Shown here piece by piece: positions 58,895 through 64,000 of a DNA stretch of 64,000 nucleotides. The DNA is from an uncultured Chlamydiae bacterium (GTDB taxonomy: Bacteria > Chlamydiota > Chlamydiia > Chlamydiales > JAJFMB01): positions 672,001-736,000 of the forward strand of contig CAVOJR010000001.1 in assembly GCA_963696295.1 (NCBI GenBank), in the 5' to 3' direction. The notes beneath the pieces were generated by a model. That model did no database searches. It saw only the letters and a program-made list of their open reading frames with translations, and was not told the origin of the DNA. The translations under genes were made by a program, and so were the position numbers. Each line of letters begins with the position of its first letter. Position 1 is the stretch's first letter.

Positions 58895-59812
58895 CTACCA
58901 ACAGCATCCACACGGATTCTCCGCAATCTTGACAAAGGTCAGGGTAACGGATGCACCGGGTAACACAGCTGACCCATTTGCAGGAGTGAGAGTAATAGGA
59001 GTAGTCATCCCGGACAAATTAACCAGTGATACTGTTTGTCCTTTATTCAAGGGCTCAATAGCAAAGCCTACGATATTTGCTGTCGGAGTAGTTGAACCAG
59101 AAGGAGTAATGACTCCTGAAGTATCTGACATGGAGGCGCTGCCATTAATAGACAAGCCAACCACAATGGTTCCCCCAGAATAATTCGCATTGACAACCCA
59201 CTGAATAAGGTACACTCCGCTGCAAGGAATCGTCACAGTTCCATTATTGATAGACCATCCATATGGAAAATTAGAGTATACGTTAAGAGGACCAATGATT
59301 GTTAAGGGTGGTGTTACTGTAATAGAAGCAAAACTCCCGAACTTGGCCCAGGCCGTAAACTCATCGCAACAATTGTTATTACAACAATCATTGCAACAGT
59401 TATTTCGGTTGTTTCTGCAGCAGCCGTTATTATTGTAACCATTGTTGCAGCATCCATTATTATTCCTGCCGCATCCATTGTTACAGCAATTGTTGTTGCA
59501 GCAATCATTATTATTGCAACAACCATTACAATTTCCGCAAGCCGTACCAGGTGTGCCGCCAGGCCCCTGCATACCATTCATCCCATCGCGGCCGGGAGGA
59601 CCCATTGGACCTTGACATCCCGGAGGGCCTTGAGGACCTGGAGGACCTTGCGGGCCTGGAGGACCGCAACAGCTTTTGCAGCCAAAGGAAACATTATCCA
59701 GCTTGAATATAGACCTGTCTTTTTGGACGATAGTATCTTCTTCTGATGCCTGAGCATAGCTGCAAAAAAGCGATGCCACAGCTATCAGTAAACTTAGGAG
59801 AATTTTTTTCAT
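58895..59812 (-). CDS. Secreted collagen-like protein #7 with short helix and Cys/Asn-rich segment
   Basis: Signal peptide ending AQA; CKSCC-(GPP/GPQ)[15 protein letters not shown]...; [15 protein letters not shown]. Confidence 0.88.
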   Translation of the reverse strand: MKKILLSLLIAVASLFCSYAQASEEDTIVQKDRSIFKLDNVSFGCKSCCGPPGPQGPPGPQGPPGCQGPMGPPGRDGMNGMQGPGGTPGTACGNCNGCCNNNDCCNNNCCNNGCGRNNNGCCNNGYNNNGCCRNNRNNCCNDCCNNNCCDEFTAWAKFGSFASITVTPPLTIIGPLNVYSNFPYGWSINNGTVTIPCSGVYLIQWVVNANYSGGTIVVGLSINGSASMSDTSGVITPSGSTTPTANIVGFAIEPLNKGQTVSLVNLSGMTTPITLTPANGSAVLPGASVTLTFVKIAENPCGCCW

Positions 59813-60013
59813 GATGCCTTCCCTTCTTTTAGACAATTTCCCAAAGCTACACCTGATCGATATGTAAGGAAAATTTTTCTTATATACTTACTTAATAGTA
59901 AATTTCTTTTTTTAACTGTAGCTAATTTTTTTTTCAACAAAAAAAGGAAGGGACCCAAAATGGCAAGAAGCCATCTGGGTATTTAGAATAATTCTTGTAA
60001 GACGACTTAGTGC

Positions 60014-63000
60014 CTATTTTTTTTCATCATCATTTAGAAGACCTTTCATCATAGTTGAGGAACGACCACCTTCCACTTCATCTGCCTGTTTTATTCTGGG
60101 TATGTGCCGAGAAAGGCTTGTAAACATAGCTTTTGCTTTTTTCAAATAATCGTCTTCTATAGGTGGATCATCTTCATTTAGATCTTTTTTAATGATCAAA
60201 TCAAATTCCCGAAGCATGAAACCATCATGATCCTCAACTTGAATAGTAAAGCGACCCTTGTCTCTTCCGGAGGGTTTTCCTTGGAGCTTGTTATCTTCAT
60301 AAACCAAGCCATCGGGTAAAAGCCTCTCCTGACTGAGAGTATGACCCTTTTGATAAGCTCGCATCACCTTGACTTGCGACTCATCAAAATCAAAGGCCAG
60401 TTCAAAAGGCTGCCCAATTAGCGCCCTTTCAGTTTCCTTGCGATACTTCTCTTTTCGGAAGTAATTCCAAACCAAAGCCCGGCTTTTCCAATAGCCGATA
60501 CCAGAGACGGCAATAGAACCTAAAGTAATTCCTACCTTCAGGAAGGTTTCCCAAAAGGATTCCCCCTGCACGGTCAATTTAAATGCCGACTTGGTGCTTC
60601 CGGTACTATCCGATGCCCATACCTCAATGGTATATTCCCAATCTACATAGGTACCTGTGTCAAAAGGGCCCGGTTTTCCAAAAAACGATTTTGTCTCATT
60701 ATTCCATTTTAACCAGGGAGGAAGAGGCCTGCCCCCGGATTGAGTAACCGTAATTTCCAAAGCATCTCCATTTCTATCCTTAAAAGTATCGTCTGGAACT
60801 GGCTTAGAAAAAGATTCTCCCACTGTCGCAATAGCATCGGGTAATGGATTTAAAACAATCGGAGGATACTGCGTTCCATCGACAATGTTTAATGTAAACG
60901 TATCCAGGGCAAATGCACCCGATGGATCCAGGGCGCGAATTGTCACTCTAAGCGATTGAGGAGTGTCAAGCAAACCAGAGAGCGTGCGCGTGTCAGAATC
61001 AAAGTAGAGCCCTTCCGGCAATGCTCCCCCGCCCTCTAAACTCGCCTCGTATCTCAAGGGTTGATTTTCGGGATCTTCAAATGTTCCGGCATCGAAAGTA
61101 AAACTGAAAGGCACCCCGGCAGTTTTGGAAACATCGGGAATTTCCTTAATCAGAACAGGGGGATTGTTATTTGAGGCGCTCAAAACAGTTAAACTAAAAG
61201 TGGTCGATGCCTTAGCCTTATCAGGATCTTCCGCACTCAAAGTAATGGAATATGTTCCTATATCCTGAACCTGTGGTGTTCCACTAAAAGTTCTAGTCGC
61301 AGGATTAAATGAGAGAAAGGCGGGCAATTGACTCGTTGAATAAGTTAATACGTCATTATCCACATCGAAAAATGTGTTGGAATTAAAAGCGTAGCTAAAG
61401 AAAATGCCCACGCTTGCCAGCTGTGTTCCCGGCGGATTGAGCACTATAGGCGCGCTATTGGGAACGGTGATCGTAAAAGTATCTGAAACCGTTCCTCCAA
61501 AGCCATCATTGGCTGTCACTTCAATGGGATAGACGCCTTTTCCAAAAGGTGTTCCATAGAATTTTCTCAGCGCTGAATCAAAACCCAACCAACCGGGCAA
61601 TACATTGCTGCCAGCCAGCTTTGCCGAGTAACTCAATATGTCCTTATCTAAATCGGAAAAGGTATTGCTATCAAAGATATAAACAAAAGGTTCGCCTGTA
61701 TAGGCAGTTTGATTGGCAAAAGGCTGTTCTAAAACAGGAAACCGGTCTGGAACGCTTAGATCAAAAGGGATGGTTTTGCTGCCTCCATAACCATCATTAC
61801 CTTTTACTTCGATGCGATAGGTGTTTTGATCACCGGAACGGGGCGCAAAAATAAAAGTGCGCGTAGGCGGATCAAAGCTGATGAATGCAGGTAAAGGCAA
61901 TCCTCCGGCCAATGTAGCAGTATAAGTAAAGACAGCACCCGGATACTCAAATGTTCCGGCTGATAAGGTAAACAGGGTGGAGTTACCGACATAAACCTGT
62001 TGATTGGCAATCGGCAAAGTATTTATTTCACCTACGTGAATGGCAGTTGGTTCTACCACCGCATTAGTTCCATCGCTCCCTATCACGTCAAGCAGCAACA
62101 AGCCTCGATCTGTTAAAGCGGGTTTTCCGGATAAGGATCTTTCATCCACACTGTAATAAGTCAAGCCGGCGGCTCCATCTGCTATAAATGCAATGTTACC
62201 ACTAAGGAAAGTATCCCTTGCTTTTCCAAAGGTATTGATTGAAATAACTAATTGTGAATTCAAAATATTTTCAATATTGATCACTTTTACGCCACCACCT
62301 GTACATGAAGCATAAATATAGTTTCCCTCCAAAGTTAGCTTGCTAGGACTAACCCCAAGATAAACTGTCCCGACAACAACAGGGGTAGCAATTTGAGTAA
62401 TATCATAGATTTTCACTGCATTATTAGTATAAGCTATAAAAACATAATTATCTTTGCCTACTGCAGAGACAAAATAGCTCGAATCAAGAACGGAAGTCAC
62501 AATAACAGGATTAACCGGATTGCTAATATCAACCACTCGAAAACCAGAATCAGAAGTTGCAAAATAAGCATATTTTCCTATCACACCTATACATACTAGA
62601 CAATACTCCCAACTCAAAATACTCTTTTGAATTGGATTCGTTGGGTTACTTATATCTAATATCTGAAAAGTTCCGCCCCCCCCATTTCCGTCAGTGATAT
62701 ATAAATAATTACCCGAAGCAATCATAGAACAAATTGAACCAAAACCATCTACAGTTTTTACCAAAGAAATATTTGAAGGATTGCTAATATCTAAGACTAC
62801 CAATGGATTAACCGCTCCAGAACCAACTTTCCCATAAAACGCATAATTATCCCTAATATAAATAAACCTTCTTAGTGCATTGGATTCGACAGAAACCTCC
62901 CAAAAACCCACCACAACGGGATTACCCGGATTGCTAATATCGACAATCTTTAGCCCATTATCCAGGGCAACAAAAGCATAATTGCCCCTGATATACATAT

Positions 63001-64000
63001 CACTTGCATCGCCACCTAAAAAAAAGGTCTTTATCAATGAAGGCTGAACCATATTCATCGAGATCCAGCTTGGAGCCGCTGCACCGCTGGGCTGCTTTAT
63101 CGAGAGATCGAGGTTGGCGTTGGGATTGGAAAGTTCAAAGTACTGGGACATGTCGATGTTTTCAGTCAGCTGCACGCCGGGGGTTGCGGTCAGGTCGGGG
63201 AGGGGCGTGATAATGGTGATCGGGTCGGTGCGGCGATCGAGCTGCGTCCTTGCCTGCTCGACCTTCTTCACAGTGGGAGTGGCTTTTGCAGGAGTGAAAG
63301 ACGGTATGGAGAGCGCTTCGGAGCGTGGCAGGAGGGTGATCAGACTGGCAATGAGCGCGACTTTGCGATCATGGACGGTTAGCATGTTGATGGCAAAAAC
63401 GGTCGCGGCACTGAGGAGAGTATGCTGAGTGTTTTGGGGAACTTCTGGGGCTGGCGCGCTGCCGGGCAAACGGAGGCGCTCCTCGTAACTTTCTTCTTTC
63501 ACCAGCTTCCAGTTATCGCCATCTTTGGTAAAGGTGGCTTTTTGTACCAGTGTTTTGCCATCCAAGGGCTTCGTCTGGGTCAGTATGAGCTCTTCGGCAG
63601 TCTGTTCTGCCTTGTATTCGATGCAATCGGCGGGGCTTGTGCATTCGGTGCGGATGTGAGTCTCTTTGTCGGCTGAAAACTGGTGGATCTCCTCATAAGT
63701 GGTTCCGCCATAATTGAAAGTCTGGGTGTAACCGTCTTGCGTGAACGTCACTCTTTCAAGCTGGGAAAGCAGCTCGGGCTGCCCTTGATCGGCCCTCGAC
63801 TCGGCGATGTCGATCACTTTTTGGCAAAGGGAGGGATTTTTTGCCATCTCGGCAAGTTCCTCAGGGTCCAGACGCCCGTCTGCTGCCATCTGATCGGCTC
63901 TCTCATTTTCATTTTGGGCCACTTGATGCGGAAGGCGAACATGATCGTGAATCCAGGGGGCGAGCGCATAGCCTGAGAAATAGAGATAGCCAAGGAAAAG
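60014..64000 (-). CDS. Large membrane-anchored protein with LVIVD repeats and putative-Ig (He_PIG/dystroglycan-type) repeats; 5' end beyond the window
   Basis: GLKIVDISNP repeats; F.D.D.D.L.Y and LP.WL.F....RT.SGTP repeats; TM near the C-terminus; the frame is open from 63922 to 64000. Confidence 0.88.
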   Translation of the reverse strand, partial: LFLGYLYFSGYALAPWIHDHVRLPHQVAQNENERADQMAADGRLDPEELAEMAKNPSLCQKVIDIAESRADQGQPELLSQLERVTFTQDGYTQTFNYGGTTYEEIHQFSADKETHIRTECTSPADCIEYKAEQTAEELILTQTKPLDGKTLVQKATFTKDGDNWKLVKEESYEERLRLPGSAPAPEVPQNTQHTLLSAATVFAINMLTVHDRKVALIASLITLLPRSEALSIPSFTPAKATPTVKKVEQARTQLDRRTDPITIITPLPDLTATPGVQLTENIDMSQYFELSNPNANLDLSIKQPSGAAAPSWISMNMVQPSLIKTFFLGGDASDMYIRGNYAFVALDNGLKIVDISNPGNPVVVGFWEVSVESNALRRFIYIRDNYAFYGKVGSGAVNPLVVLDISNPSNISLVKTVDGFGSICSMIASGNYLYITDGNGGGGTFQILDISNPTNPIQKSILSWEYCLVCIGVIGKYAYFATSDSGFRVVDISNPVNPVIVTSVLDSSYFVSAVGKDNYVFIAYTNNAVKIYDITQIATPVVVGTVYLGVSPSKLTLEGNYIYASCTGGGVKVINIENILNSQLVISINTFGKARDTFLSGNIAFIADGAAGLTYYSVDERSLSGKPALTDRGLLLLDVIGSDGTNAVVEPTAIHVGEINTLPIANQQVYVGNSTLFTLSAGTFEYPGAVFTYTATLAGGLPLPAFISFDPPTRTFIFAPRSGDQNTYRIEVKGNDGYGGSKTIPFDLSVPDRFPVLEQPFANQTAYTGEPFVYIFDSNTFSDLDKDILSYSAKLAGSNVLPGWLGFDSALRKFYGTPFGKGVYPIEVTANDGFGGTVSDTFTITVPNSAPIVLNPPGTQLASVGIFFSYAFNSNTFFDVDNDVLTYSTSQLPAFLSFNPATRTFSGTPQVQDIGTYSITLSAEDPDKAKASTTFSLTVLSASNNNPPVLIKEIPDVSKTAGVPFSFTFDAGTFEDPENQPLRYEASLEGGGALPEGLYFDSDTRTLSGLLDTPQSLRVTIRALDPSGAFALDTFTLNIVDGTQYPPIVLNPLPDAIATVGESFSKPVPDDTFKDRNGDALEITVTQSGGRPLPPWLKWNNETKSFFGKPGPFDTGTYVDWEYTIEVWASDSTGSTKSAFKLTVQGESFWETFLKVGITLGSIAVSGIGYWKSRALVWNYFRKEKYRKETERALIGQPFELAFDFDESQVKVMRAYQKGHTLSQERLLPDGLVYEDNKLQGKPSGRDKGRFTIQVEDHDGFMLREFDLIIKKDLNEDDPPIEDDYLKKAKAMFTSLSRHIPRIKQADEVEGGRSSTMMKGLLNDDEKK

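Overview
Chromosomal segment of an environmental Chlamydiota bacterium (Parachlamydiales-like). This is inferred from chlamydial gene order: hrcA-grpE-dnaK with a CIRCE operator; rpsL-rpsG-fusA-rpsJ without tufA; rodA/birA next to nifU-nifS-gpmA-pseudouridine synthase; oppDF next to DUF47-Pit; oppABC; glgP. Accessory islets lie between these core blocks. (1) A 2OG-Fe(II) amino-acid hydroxylase plus EamA exporter at the left edge. (2) An effector-like islet at 13.7-18.0 kb with an Inc-like, membrane-anchored eukaryote-type metacaspase and an intact/degenerate pair of NUDT9-like ADP-ribose hydrolases. (3) A birA/nifU junction where both gene 3' ends are duplicated around two cargo blocks. (4) The main candidate system, about 14 kb at 46.0-59.8 kb: seven secreted, Cys-containing, BclA-like collagen proteins, four signal-peptide-bearing glycosyltransferases (one resembling the COLGALT1/PLOD collagen-glycosylation domain) and a stand-alone Cys-rich inverse-autotransporter barrel. 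A large LVIVD/Ig surface protein follows. I interpret (4) as a putative glycosylated, disulfide-cross-linked collagen coat. Non-coding signals include a five-copy array of a gene 3' end, a 99-bp palindromic insertion with an 8-bp target duplication, other MITE-like palindromes, a shared palindromic operator in front of three collagen genes and a three-way-junction RNA between rpsL and rpsG. dnaK carries many indels that are probably assembly errors. No rRNA, tRNA, CRISPR array or transposase was seen. All family calls come from motif recognition by eye, without database searches.
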